32,000 bases of DNA. Origin: Aliivibrio fischeri ES114. Lineage in GTDB: Bacteria; Pseudomonadota; Gammaproteobacteria; Enterobacterales; Vibrionaceae. The notes below the pieces were generated by a model, which did no database searches, was not told the origin of the DNA, and saw nothing but the letters and a program-made list of their open reading frames with translations. The stretch's first letter is position 1; each line of letters starts with the position of its first letter. The stretch lies in the NCBI RefSeq assembly GCF_000011805.1, contig NC_006840.2. One strand, given 5' to 3'. Position numbers and translations under genes: made by a program. Positions 1-8,409 of the stretch are shown here, piece by piece.

Positions 1-486
<486 letters not shown>

Positions 487-732
487 TTACATTAAATTCT
501 ACTTATACGATACAGTTATATACCTATTCCTACCTATTTTCAAAGTGTTATGTTTATTAATTATATTTCGAACATATTACAGACAAATACATTAAAGAAA
601 TGTGAACAACTGTCGATAAATCTTAATGACAACCCGTATATAACTCCCCTATACGTTAAATTAACTATTGGAGTTAATCACCTGCTATTCATTTAGTTTA
701 CAAGGTGTTACACTGGAAAATATTACTACTGG

Positions 733-1512
733 ATGTATGATAAAAATATGAATATTGCTCTTATTATTGGTCTTTTTGGGATTCTGCTTACATTGATTAT
801 TGGCTATAACATCATTGTTCAATATAGAACAAAGATCGAATCTGCCAAAAAACAAGAATCTGCAAAGCATATGGTTATCATTGATTCTACTGAAGAATTA
901 ATCAGTAACGCACACCATCTGCCTTACAGCAAAGAATTACTTGTTTGTTTGAATCAACGTATTCTTGATGCTTTAAGAGCGATTTCAGAGCTTGAACCGC
1001 ATGACCGCTCATACCCAGGCCGTATTGAGAACATGGAGCAACAGCTTCAGCAGTTAAAAACAGACTATACAGGTGGCGATAGCACCAACTTCAAAGTACC
1101 AAGTAACGATAAACAAGCTATCGTTATGTTAAAACTTGTTAAACGCCTTCGTGATACCCTCCGTGCTGAACACCGTAAAGGACGTGTTAATACACAAGTA
1201 TTTGTGGCTGAAAACGCTCGCCTTGAATCTATTCAAGTTCGTATCAATATCGAAAACGTGGTTAAACGTGCTAAAGAGGCAACACAGCGTGGCCAAGCTG
1301 GTACCGCTCGTCAATTACTTAAGAAAGGTATTGATGCCCTTTCAAGCAAAAACGATGGCTACTCAAACAAGGCTCGCACTCGTTTACAAGAAATGCTTGA
1401 TGAATTAAATAATAAGACTAAGAAGAAACAAGACCAAGAATTACAAGATCAATTGGATAAGAATAAAGACGACGATATCGATGTTCTTTTCCAGCCAAAG
1501 AAAAAATGGTAA
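733..1512 (+). CDS. Hypothetical membrane-anchored coiled-coil protein (259 aa)
   Basis: Long ORF with one N-terminal TM helix (IALIIGLFGILLTLIIGYNII), followed by K/E/Q-rich helical sequence and a KKKQDQELQDQLDKNKDDD tail. An alternative start ATG at 748 is possible. It ends at a strong terminator. I do not recognise the family. Confidence 0.6.
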   Translation: MYDKNMNIALIIGLFGILLTLIIGYNIIVQYRTKIESAKKQESAKHMVIIDSTEELISNAHHLPYSKELLVCLNQRILDALRAISELEPHDRSYPGRIENMEQQLQQLKTDYTGGDSTNFKVPSNDKQAIVMLKLVKRLRDTLRAEHRKGRVNTQVFVAENARLESIQVRINIENVVKRAKEATQRGQAGTARQLLKKGIDALSSKNDGYSNKARTRLQEMLDELNNKTKKKQDQELQDQLDKNKDDDIDVLFQPKKKW

Positions 1513-1524
1513 CCAATACCTACC

Positions 1525-1556
1525 AAAAAAAAGATCGCATAATGCGATCTTTTTTA
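1525..1556. terminator. Bidirectional rho-independent terminator between convergent genes
   Basis: The stem AAGATCGC (1531-1538) pairs with GCGATCTT (1544-1551) around a 5-nt loop. It is flanked by an A-run upstream and a T-run downstream, and lies between the 733..1512 (+) gene and miaE (-). Confidence 0.75.
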
Positions 1557-1574
1557 TGTCTGTCTTAATAACAC

Positions 1575-2333
1575 TTAAACAGGAACACCACTGTGGAATT
1601 TAAAATCACTGTCTGGTGTTAATATCAAATCCGCTTCAACCTGAGCAAAAAATGCAACACGCTCATCCACATTCCCCCCAGCAACCTGCTGTGCTAGTGC
1701 TAAGTAATCTTGATAATGACGAGATTCAGATCGAAGTAATGAAATGTAGAACTTAGCCAAATCATCATCTAAAAACGGAGCTAACTTAGCAAAGCGCTCA
1801 CAAGAACGAGCCTCAATAAAAGCACCAATGATCAACTTATCAATTAAGGTACATGGCTCATGAGTAATCACTCTCGTAAATAACCCTTTTGCATAGCGCC
1901 CTGCTCTAATATTTTGATAAGGCACACCACGCTGATCCATAATTTCTAATACTTGATAAAAATGATGAAGCTCTTCTTTTATCAATAACACCATTTTATC
2001 AATCAGATCTTGGCTATAAGGTGAATCAGCACGTGCAGTGATCTTTTTAGAGATGTTACTTTTACCCTTTAGCGTCTCTAATGACCCTACATGTTTATAG
2101 GCAAATTCTTCATACGGTTTGAACCAATCCAGTAATGCCTTTGCTCCTTCAGCATCAACAGCGTATTTGCGGATTAAATACATTGCACTCTGTGCCGCTT
2201 TTAATTCACACATTAAGTGATCACGCAAAATAACTGATAAGTTTTCAGGCTTTCTTGCTTCTTCTATCCATTCGTCAGGCGTTTCACACTGCAGAAAAGA
2301 ATAAATTGGGTCTAATAAAGATTTGTCGTACAT
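1575..2333 (-). CDS. miaE: tRNA-(ms2io6A37)-hydroxylase MiaE (ferritin-like di-iron)
   Basis: 252 aa. The segments LMCELKAAQSA, MVLLIKEELHHF, THEPCTLIDKLIIGAFIEARSCERF and LLRSESRHYQDYLALAQQV match my memory of Salmonella MiaE, including the di-iron E...EXXH motifs. Confidence 0.85.
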   Translation of the reverse strand: MYDKSLLDPIYSFLQCETPDEWIEEARKPENLSVILRDHLMCELKAAQSAMYLIRKYAVDAEGAKALLDWFKPYEEFAYKHVGSLETLKGKSNISKKITARADSPYSQDLIDKMVLLIKEELHHFYQVLEIMDQRGVPYQNIRAGRYAKGLFTRVITHEPCTLIDKLIIGAFIEARSCERFAKLAPFLDDDLAKFYISLLRSESRHYQDYLALAQQVAGGNVDERVAFFAQVEADLILTPDSDFKFHSGVPV

Positions 2334-2513
2334 AGTTTTTAACCATTAAAAGTTCTTATCGCCAGTATACCAAACCTCACCATATAAATTCATTACGTAA
2401 GGTAAAAATCAACAGTCCTTTTCTTTCAATAACTTAAAATCAATGCTGCTTTAATTGCGTTTAAGATCTCAATAAACAAGCAAAAATAGCTTGATCATTA
2501 ACCGATTTAAAAG

Positions 2514-2548
2514 TACTGTATAAATACACACTGTATGGATGAACAGGT
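2514..2548 (+). promoter_or_regulatory. LexA (SOS) operator(s) upstream of, and overlapping, the sulA-like ORF
   Basis: 2531..2546 reads CTGT-ATGGATGA-ACAG, the exact CTGT-N8-ACAG spacing. The 20-mer cACTGTATGGATGaACAGgt (2529..2548) is close to the reverse complement of the E. coli sulA SOS box as I recall it (TACTGTACATCCATACAGTA). An overlapping imperfect box, TACTGTATAAATACACACTG (2514..2533), has a good left half and a degenerate right half (CAC in place of CAG). Confidence 0.7.
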
Positions 2549-2940
2549 ATTTTATTATGAACACAGCAATGGCTCTTACTACTTACTCAAACTCATTTAA
2601 TTATTCTATCTCTCAACGCATTTCTAGCGCTGCTAGCCAAGTAAATGCACAGTGTGAGAGCCAGTTTATTCAAATTTTAAAAAGCTTGTCTAAACAAAAT
2701 AAATGGATTTTCATTACTGCAAATACAGCAATGCCAAGTAGTGAATCGCTTCTAAAGCATGGTATTGAACTAAGTAAATTCGTACGTTTAAAAGAATCTC
2801 ATCGTTTAACGGAAAGTGAAACGATCGAAAAAGCAAAACAATTAGGCACAGCCAGTGCCATTATTTCTAATGCTAATTGTTTTTATTTTTCCGATTCACA
2901 ATGGCTAACCCTGAACAGAAAATTAACCGTATTGCATTAA
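2539..2940 (+). CDS. sulA: SulA-like SOS cell-division inhibitor (true start probably ATG 2557 or 2569)
   Basis: ILKSLSKQNKWIFITANTAMPSSESLLKHGIELSKFVRLKES aligns by eye with E. coli SulA [40 protein letters not shown]. An SSAAS motif sits near the N-terminus, a His is the last residue as in SulA, and a LexA box lies immediately upstream. The first ATG (2539) lies inside the operator, so a downstream ATG is more likely the real start. Confidence 0.7.
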   Translation: MNRYFIMNTAMALTTYSNSFNYSISQRISSAASQVNAQCESQFIQILKSLSKQNKWIFITANTAMPSSESLLKHGIELSKFVRLKESHRLTESETIEKAKQLGTASAIISNANCFYFSDSQWLTLNRKLTVLH

Positions 2941-2970
2941 ATATAGGTGAGCATAGCTGTAAATTAACAA

Positions 2971-3357
2971 CTACTGTGTTTTCTCATTTAGGTGGACATG
3001 GAGTAAATCAAAATCATCAGTTGATTGAGAAATGTCTGTGAAGGTGTTTTCAAGAATATAATTAATCTGCTCTTCATCCAAAGTATAAGGCAGCTTAATT
3101 TCTAGATCGGTGATCCCTTCAATACGCGCTAGGCGAATTAAACGAATAATATTTGATTCATCATTAATATGAGAAGAAAGCACTTGAAGCGCTTCTGCTT
3201 GAAGTCTTTCAGATAATGGTCTTGCATCATGAACAGAAGCATTCCATACCGTTCCAAATGTCGGAATGATACTCTTTAACGCTTGTGAAAACGTCCACTT
3301 TTGCTTACTTGAATTTACAAGAAACGAGCTGTAATCAAACTCTATTTTATTGCTCAT
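2971..3357 (-). CDS. Hypothetical acidic protein (128 aa), family not recognised
   Basis: ATG-initiated ORF convergent with sulA. It has its own roughly 200-bp AT-rich upstream region downstream of the fapA terminator. There is no TM helix or signal peptide. Confidence 0.5.
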   Translation of the reverse strand: MSNKIEFDYSSFLVNSSKQKWTFSQALKSIIPTFGTVWNASVHDARPLSERLQAEALQVLSSHINDESNIIRLIRLARIEGITDLEIKLPYTLDEEQINYILENTFTDISQSTDDFDLLHVHLNEKTQ

Positions 3358-3550
3358 GAATTGCCTCGATATATTCCAACATCTACTTTCAACATCCTAT
3401 TGAAAAGCATTATTTTTTGTTTCTAATTATTAGTATCCCGAATATTGTTCTTATCGCAAGTAGAAAATTGGACATTGATCACACTTAATAATTCTTAGCT
3501 CTTTACCTTATCATTGCTCTAACACATATTTTACACTCGCACATTTTGGC

Positions 3551-3582
3551 AACAAAAAACCGCTACAATGAGCGGTTTTTAT
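3551..3582 (-). terminator. Rho-independent terminator of the FapA-like gene
   Basis: The stem AAAACCGCT (3556-3564) pairs with AGCGGTTTT (3571-3579) around a 6-nt loop. On the minus strand it is followed by TTTTTTGTT. Confidence 0.75.
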
Positions 3583-3609
3583 ATCATTTGATTCTAATTG
3601 AGTTGAGGA

Positions 3610-5292
3610 TTAATTATCCGTCAAGCTCGTATTTTTAGAGACAATTGGATCAATCTTTATTTCGTACTCGTTAAAGTAAATCTTACATGGACTGTGTTCA
3701 CGTTTAGTGGTTACTTGCTCATCTGAATACTGAATGGTCACTTTTGGATAAACTCGTTCCGTAACCTTAACAACATTTTCTGTTAGTTGTTTTCTTAGTT
3801 CTTCTTCAGCAGATTGGAAACGATGCATTGAAGCGGCAATTTCACGATTCGATTCTTCTTTCATGTTTTGCACACGTTCGACTTGCTCTGGTGTTCTCTC
3901 TGCTTTTGGAATTTTTGCTAAATCCATTTCTGCACGCACCACTTTCATGGTGTTTTCTTGTGCTTCTTTGTATTTAGCATTTAAGGCAACGATATTCTCT
4001 TTGTACTTATCAAAACGAGTAAATGCTTTTACTAATGTTTCAGTACCTGCCGTTGCACCTAAGTTTACGGTTGTGATATTAGAACCAGCATAAACTTCGC
4101 CACCAACAATAGAACCGTTACGACCACTCTTATCCATTACCGTGACAGAATTCTTACTCTTGATGAAACTCTGAATTGCATGAATACCAAGCTCAATATC
4201 GCCCGACGCTTGTAAGTCAGCTGATTGAACAAACTTAGCCGTGATTTTTCCACCTGCTTTTACAAAACACGTGTAATCTTCACCCGCTTCTACTTGGTGG
4301 CCAATAATGCCTTTCATGGCAATAACATCACCATGGGCTTGAACATCAGCAGATTCAATAAAGCCACCAACAGTTACGCTACCAGTTGCTCTTACAATCA
4401 TATCTGGTGCAATATCACCACTTACAATCACACTACCTTTAAACTTAATGTGACCTGTTGAAATATCAACCGCATTCAAGCAAAGTGCGTTATCGACATC
4501 TGCACCATCTTTGTTAATCCATGGCATTCCAGATGTCGCAGCAATAACCAGATCAGGGTCATCAGGAGATATCATCGCTCCTTTACCTGCTCGCAGTTTG
4601 GTATTTTTTCCCGCAGTTGCTGGAATCACTTCGCCACGAACGGTAAAACCATCAACACCTTTTGTTGGTGGAATGCGTCGAATCAATTCATCGCCTTCCA
4701 CAACCGTAATGGTTTCGCCCAGATCACGCATGTCTACTTTATCTTCTTCCCCTTCCTTTTCCTGAGGCTTTAGTGCTTGCTCACGAAAATCTTCAACTAG
4801 GGGAACAAAACTTGCGTTGGTACCATCAATCGGTTCTTTACCTTTAGCGATAACAAGCGACACTTTCTCGCCAGCAGGTAAATTACGACTCAAAAACATG
4901 ATTTTCTTGAGTGCATTTTTACTGATACCACGGGTGATCTCCATGCTAGTTAAGCCAGAAATCACATCACTACTTACAAGATCACGACCACCATACGCAC
5001 CAATGACAGCCATTGTCGCTTTCATGTCACGCTCTTCTATCGCAATAATAACTTCTGCATCACGTCGAGCTGCAACCGTACGGTTCTGATGATGAGCCAT
5101 CATGCCGTTTTTCACATCTTGTATAATCGTTGTAATGATTTTTTCATCAAAATAAAAATTACACGCATTAATCTCTTCTAAACAATCTTTAAAGCTTTTT
5201 AATGTCGGTTCTTCATCCGGCTGAAACTTATCAGGAAAACGTAATACTACAACTGAGTCATCTTCCACTAATGTTAGAAGAGATTTCCACAT
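3610..5292 (-). CDS. FapA/DUF342 family protein (flagellar-assembly-protein-A-like)
   Basis: The central beta-helix-like repeats (GSVIVSGDIAPDMIVRATGSVTVGGFIESADVQAHGDVIAMKGIIG..., SGDIELGIHAIQSFIKSKNSVTV, IVGGEVYAGSNITTVNLG) and the C-terminal coiled coil are typical of DUF342. The track start at 5301 is GTG with no SD, so ATG at 5292 is preferred. Confidence 0.75.
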   Translation of the reverse strand: MWKSLLTLVEDDSVVVLRFPDKFQPDEEPTLKSFKDCLEEINACNFYFDEKIITTIIQDVKNGMMAHHQNRTVAARRDAEVIIAIEERDMKATMAVIGAYGGRDLVSSDVISGLTSMEITRGISKNALKKIMFLSRNLPAGEKVSLVIAKGKEPIDGTNASFVPLVEDFREQALKPQEKEGEEDKVDMRDLGETITVVEGDELIRRIPPTKGVDGFTVRGEVIPATAGKNTKLRAGKGAMISPDDPDLVIAATSGMPWINKDGADVDNALCLNAVDISTGHIKFKGSVIVSGDIAPDMIVRATGSVTVGGFIESADVQAHGDVIAMKGIIGHQVEAGEDYTCFVKAGGKITAKFVQSADLQASGDIELGIHAIQSFIKSKNSVTVMDKSGRNGSIVGGEVYAGSNITTVNLGATAGTETLVKAFTRFDKYKENIVALNAKYKEAQENTMKVVRAEMDLAKIPKAERTPEQVERVQNMKEESNREIAASMHRFQSAEEELRKQLTENVVKVTERVYPKVTIQYSDEQVTTKREHSPCKIYFNEYEIKIDPIVSKNTSLTDN

Positions 5293-5357
5293 ATTTATCA
5301 CTCTTATTTATCATTAAACCCAAAGCATTTAGGTTAACTATGTTAATTTACTGTATT

Positions 5358-5645
5358 CTACAGTTCAAAATCACCTAAATCCATGTCGGTGTCTTGACGC
5401 TCAAAAAACGCCACTAAATCGTCATGTCCACCGATATATTTACGGTCAAGGTAAATTTGAGGAACGGTATTCACTGTAATGTTTTCTTTTTCTTGAATTA
5501 AAGCAACCATTTCTTCTTTTGTTAGATCTTCATCTAAGGTTAATACTTTATATTCAATGCCTTTATCGTCCAAAATTGCTTTTGCTTTAACACAAAAAGG
5601 ACATACTGTTTTTGAAAAAATGATCGTTTGATGAGTATTTAACAT
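5358..5645 (-). CDS. Glutaredoxin (CPFC active site) with an acidic C-terminal extension
   Basis: CPFC active-site motif, TVPQIY cis-Pro motif and GGHDD motif. The protein is 95 aa and carries an extra C-terminal tail, RQDTDMDLGDFEL. Confidence 0.85.
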   Translation of the reverse strand: MLNTHQTIIFSKTVCPFCVKAKAILDDKGIEYKVLTLDEDLTKEEMVALIQEKENITVNTVPQIYLDRKYIGGHDDLVAFFERQDTDMDLGDFEL

Positions 5646-5684
5646 TTTTTGCTCTCTTTAAGTTCAATAATACGAATTCGATAA

Positions 5685-6431
5685 TTAAATGCTGAAAACT
5701 GGGTATGCTTGCAGTTCAGGAATTAACTGGTGCAGCTGTTGTTCATCTTGTGCAATGCCTTTTGCTGAATCACATAAATTTTGTGCTTCGTCTTTCATTT
5801 CTGTGCTGTGTTGCTTCATTTTCTCTTTAATTTTAACTTGCACATCAGCAAACTGTTGCTGTAATTCAGTAAAGTTCAACTCTCCTTCTTGCATCTTTAA
5901 AGATAGAGAGTTAAACACACTCGCAAAAAGTTCTTTATCCATGCTTTGCATCATCACTTCAAAATCTTGTTTCCAAGTAGTATCCACTTCTTTGAAAAAG
6001 TCATGCTCTAATACCATGTCTTTTCCTTGATAAAATTTTTGCTTAGCCGTGTGACCATATTCATCAATTTTGGTCTTAACGCCTTCAAATGATCCTTTTG
6101 CATCAAATGAGGTTTCAATTTCACTAACAAAATCATTAGCTGCTGCAATGCCTTTATCTGTAAAATCAACAATTTCAGGAATATAAGCCGACACTTGTTG
6201 CTGATAACGCTCTATCGCTTCTTTTTGTTTTTGAGTTAGCTGTAACTCTTTACCGTTCACAAAAACTCGACCATCTTGATCAATTCGTAACTTATCCTGT
6301 GACTTCTCAACTTTTACTTCGCCGTTTTGCGTTAAAAGAACATCATTTTCAACATTCACTGGGCACATACTTGCCCACGCATTACCAGATATAATTAACA
6401 TGGCAGTAGCGATCATTTTTTTGGCTGACAT
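5685..6431 (-). CDS. Secreted DUF2884 (YggN-like) protein
   Basis: Has a signal peptide (MSAKKMIATAMLIISGNAWA). CPVNVENDVLLTQNGEVKV...LRIDQDGRVFVNGKELQLTQKQKEAIERYQQ resembles the YggN/DUF2884 N-terminal pattern as I remember it. Confidence 0.6.
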   Translation of the reverse strand: MSAKKMIATAMLIISGNAWASMCPVNVENDVLLTQNGEVKVEKSQDKLRIDQDGRVFVNGKELQLTQKQKEAIERYQQQVSAYIPEIVDFTDKGIAAANDFVSEIETSFDAKGSFEGVKTKIDEYGHTAKQKFYQGKDMVLEHDFFKEVDTTWKQDFEVMMQSMDKELFASVFNSLSLKMQEGELNFTELQQQFADVQVKIKEKMKQHSTEMKDEAQNLCDSAKGIAQDEQQLHQLIPELQAYPVFSI

Positions 6432-6518
6432 ACGTCTTTCTTCTCTTTATTTTAATTAGTTGCTCAGTTTAACTGATTGCACCTATTTAGCTCAACTTAG
6501 AAAATTAACAGAAAAAAT

Positions 6519-6532
6519 AGCAATCGTTTGCT
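6519..6532. promoter_or_regulatory. PurR operator (PUR box) upstream of purC
   Basis: AGCAATCGTTTGCT is a near-palindrome that matches the PUR-box core GCAAACGTTTGC at 11 of 12 positions. It lies about 76 bp upstream of the purC ATG. Confidence 0.6.
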
Positions 6533-6607
6533 TTTCTTGTGGTAGTCCCAAATAGTTCTGGTATGATGCTCTCAGTTTTTAAACTTTCTTTATATAGGAA
6601 TTCTACA

Positions 6608-7711
6608 ATGAGTCTTTCCGATCAAGTGCTTGCAGTTAATGACGATTTACCGATTCGTACTGATAAACCAGTGCATAGTGGTAAAGTACGTTCAGTGTAT
6701 TGGTTAACTGAAGAAGACAGTCGCCGTCTTATTAAAGAAAAGGGATACAATGTTGCACCTGATGCTCCCCTAGCTATTATGGTGATTAGTGACCGTATTT
6801 CTGCATTCGACTGTATCTGGCACGGTGAAGGCGATTTAAAAGGTATTCCTGGTAAAGGGGCTGCACTAAATGCGATTTCTAACCACTGGTTCCAATTATT
6901 TAAAGATAATGGATTAGCAGATAGCCATATCCTTGATATTCCACACCCATTTGTATGGATTGTTCAAAAAGCAAAACCAGTAATGATTGAAGCTATTTGC
7001 CGTCAATATATTACAGGCTCTATGTGGCGTGCATACACTCAAGGTGAACGCGAATTCTGTGGTATTACTCTACCTGAACGTCTTGAAAAAGATGAGCAAT
7101 TGGCTGAACTACTTTTAACACCATCAACAAAAGGCATTTTAAAAGGTATTGATGGGGTTCCTGAAGTGGATGATGTAAATATCACTCGCAAGAATATCGA
7201 GGACAACTACGATAAATTTAATTTCTCTTGTATTGAAGATATCGCTACTTACGAGAAATTATTGAAAGAAGGTTTTGCCGTTATTGCTAAAGCATTAAAT
7301 AAAATAGACCAAATTTTTGTCGATACTAAATTTGAATTTGGCTATGTAGAAGATGCGCAAGGTAATGAAAAACTGATTTATATGGATGAAGTCGGTACGC
7401 CTGATTCTTCTCGTATTTGGGATACTAAGGCATATCGTTCAGGTCATATTATCGAGAACTCGAAAGAAGGTTTCCGTCAGTTTCTATTAAATCACTTCCC
7501 TGAACCGGATATTTTATTAAATAAAAACCGCATGGAAGAGCGCTTTGCTTTAGCTGAAGAAAATGCCCTTCCTTTGGAAGCGATGATGGACCTATCTAAA
7601 ACCTATTTAGATATCGCAGCAAAAATTACTGGTGCACCAATTACATTGAGTGATAATCCAAAAGCAGAAATCATCAAAGTATTAAAAGAAGAATATCAAT
7701 TAGTCGATTAG
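6608..7711 (+). CDS. purC: Phosphoribosylaminoimidazole-succinocarboxamide (SAICAR) synthase, long Vibrio-type form
   Basis: 367 aa from ATG 6608, with an AGGA SD about 8 nt upstream. [25 protein letters not shown] and DTKFEFG are SAICAR synthetase motifs. The track start at 6539 is GTG inside the promoter/PUR-box region and is rejected. Confidence 0.92.
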   Translation: MSLSDQVLAVNDDLPIRTDKPVHSGKVRSVYWLTEEDSRRLIKEKGYNVAPDAPLAIMVISDRISAFDCIWHGEGDLKGIPGKGAALNAISNHWFQLFKDNGLADSHILDIPHPFVWIVQKAKPVMIEAICRQYITGSMWRAYTQGEREFCGITLPERLEKDEQLAELLLTPSTKGILKGIDGVPEVDDVNITRKNIEDNYDKFNFSCIEDIATYEKLLKEGFAVIAKALNKIDQIFVDTKFEFGYVEDAQGNEKLIYMDEVGTPDSSRIWDTKAYRSGHIIENSKEGFRQFLLNHFPEPDILLNKNRMEERFALAEENALPLEAMMDLSKTYLDIAAKITGAPITLSDNPKAEIIKVLKEEYQLVD

Positions 7712-7737
7712 TCGATTAGTCGATTAGTCGATTAGTA
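7700..7737. repeat. 8-bp tandem repeat (TTAGTCGA x4 plus a partial copy) spanning the purC stop codon
   Basis: Read directly: ttagtcga ttagtcga ttagtcga ttagtcga ttagta. The purC stop TAG (7709..7711) lies in copy 2. Confidence 0.95.
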
Positions 7738-7760
7738 TTTATTTTACTGATGACCAAATA

Positions 7761-7790
7761 AAAATGGCGACCGCATTGGCCGCCATTTTT
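7761..7790. terminator. Bidirectional terminator between purC (+) and the OMP gene (-)
   Basis: AAAATGGCG...CGCCATTTTT is a GC-rich hairpin with an A-run on one side and a T-run on the other. Confidence 0.65.
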
Positions 7791-7826
7791 TATCTCTTCA
7801 TATAATGAAAACGAAAGATTTCGTAA

Positions 7827-8300
7827 TTATAGGAAGTGAACCGTTAGGTTAATAGATGCGAAATCGATGTTTTTGTCGTCAACAGTGAAGTTATTGTAAC
7901 CAGCACCTACTGTGAACATTGGGATGATGTTGTATTCAATACCTAAACCGAAAAATGGATCTACGCCGTCATCTTTGAATGCACCTTTCTCTTCCCAGCT
8001 GTGCATACCTGCTTTGCCGTAAACGTGTAGAGGACCAAAGTCGATGCTTGGTTTAACTGCAAAGTTTACAGAAGTTACGTCTGTTGTTTGACCAGCAACA
8101 TCATAAGAACCTAAGTTCCAAGCACCCATTTCAAGACCAATGAAAGGCAGTAGACCTGTACCAATATGAGCACCGTATACCGTTGAGCTCTCGCTTCTGT
8201 AATCAGCAGAACCAACTTGTACGCCACCATAAATTAGAGAGTCTGCAGCAGCTGTTACTGATACGCTTGCTAGAGCTAACGCTAAAAGTGTCTTTTTCAT
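7827..8300 (-). CDS. Small outer-membrane beta-barrel protein (OmpX/OmpA-N-like, 157 aa)
   Basis: Signal peptide MKKTLLALALASVSVTAAA. The sequence alternates aromatic and glycine-rich beta-strand segments (YGAHIGTG, FGLGIEYN, TVGAGYNNF) and ends in the C-terminal strand NLTVHFL. The real start is ATG 8300 with an AGGA SD. The track start at 8333 is TTG. Confidence 0.75.
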   Translation of the reverse strand: MKKTLLALALASVSVTAAADSLIYGGVQVGSADYRSESSTVYGAHIGTGLLPFIGLEMGAWNLGSYDVAGQTTDVTSVNFAVKPSIDFGPLHVYGKAGMHSWEEKGAFKDDGVDPFFGLGIEYNIIPMFTVGAGYNNFTVDDKNIDFASINLTVHFL

Positions 8301-8409
8301 CTTAAATCCTATTTTTACAAAAGGGAGCGGCAACCTTTGACGCTCTTTTTAATATTATGGTTATTGAAGCAATTAACATGCCGAAATTAATTCTAGTTTA
8401 GGTGATACA

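Noticed and set aside
5689-6030. Cys-rich 113-aa plus-strand ORF (CSSGINWCSCCSSC...)
   Set aside because: It is antisense to the Q/E/K-rich DUF2884 gene. The cysteines arise from GCA/CAG complements, and there are no independent expression signals.
6539-6607. GTG-initiated 23-codon N-terminal extension of purC in the ORF track
   Set aside because: It starts 7 bp after the PUR box, within the presumed promoter/leader, and has no SD. ATG 6608 has an AGGA SD, and the protein from that Met matches purC N-termini.
8301-8333. TTG-initiated 11-codon extension of the OMP gene (MPLPFVKIGFK)
   Set aside because: A canonical signal peptide begins at the ATG at 8300, which has its own AGGA SD. The extension has no support.
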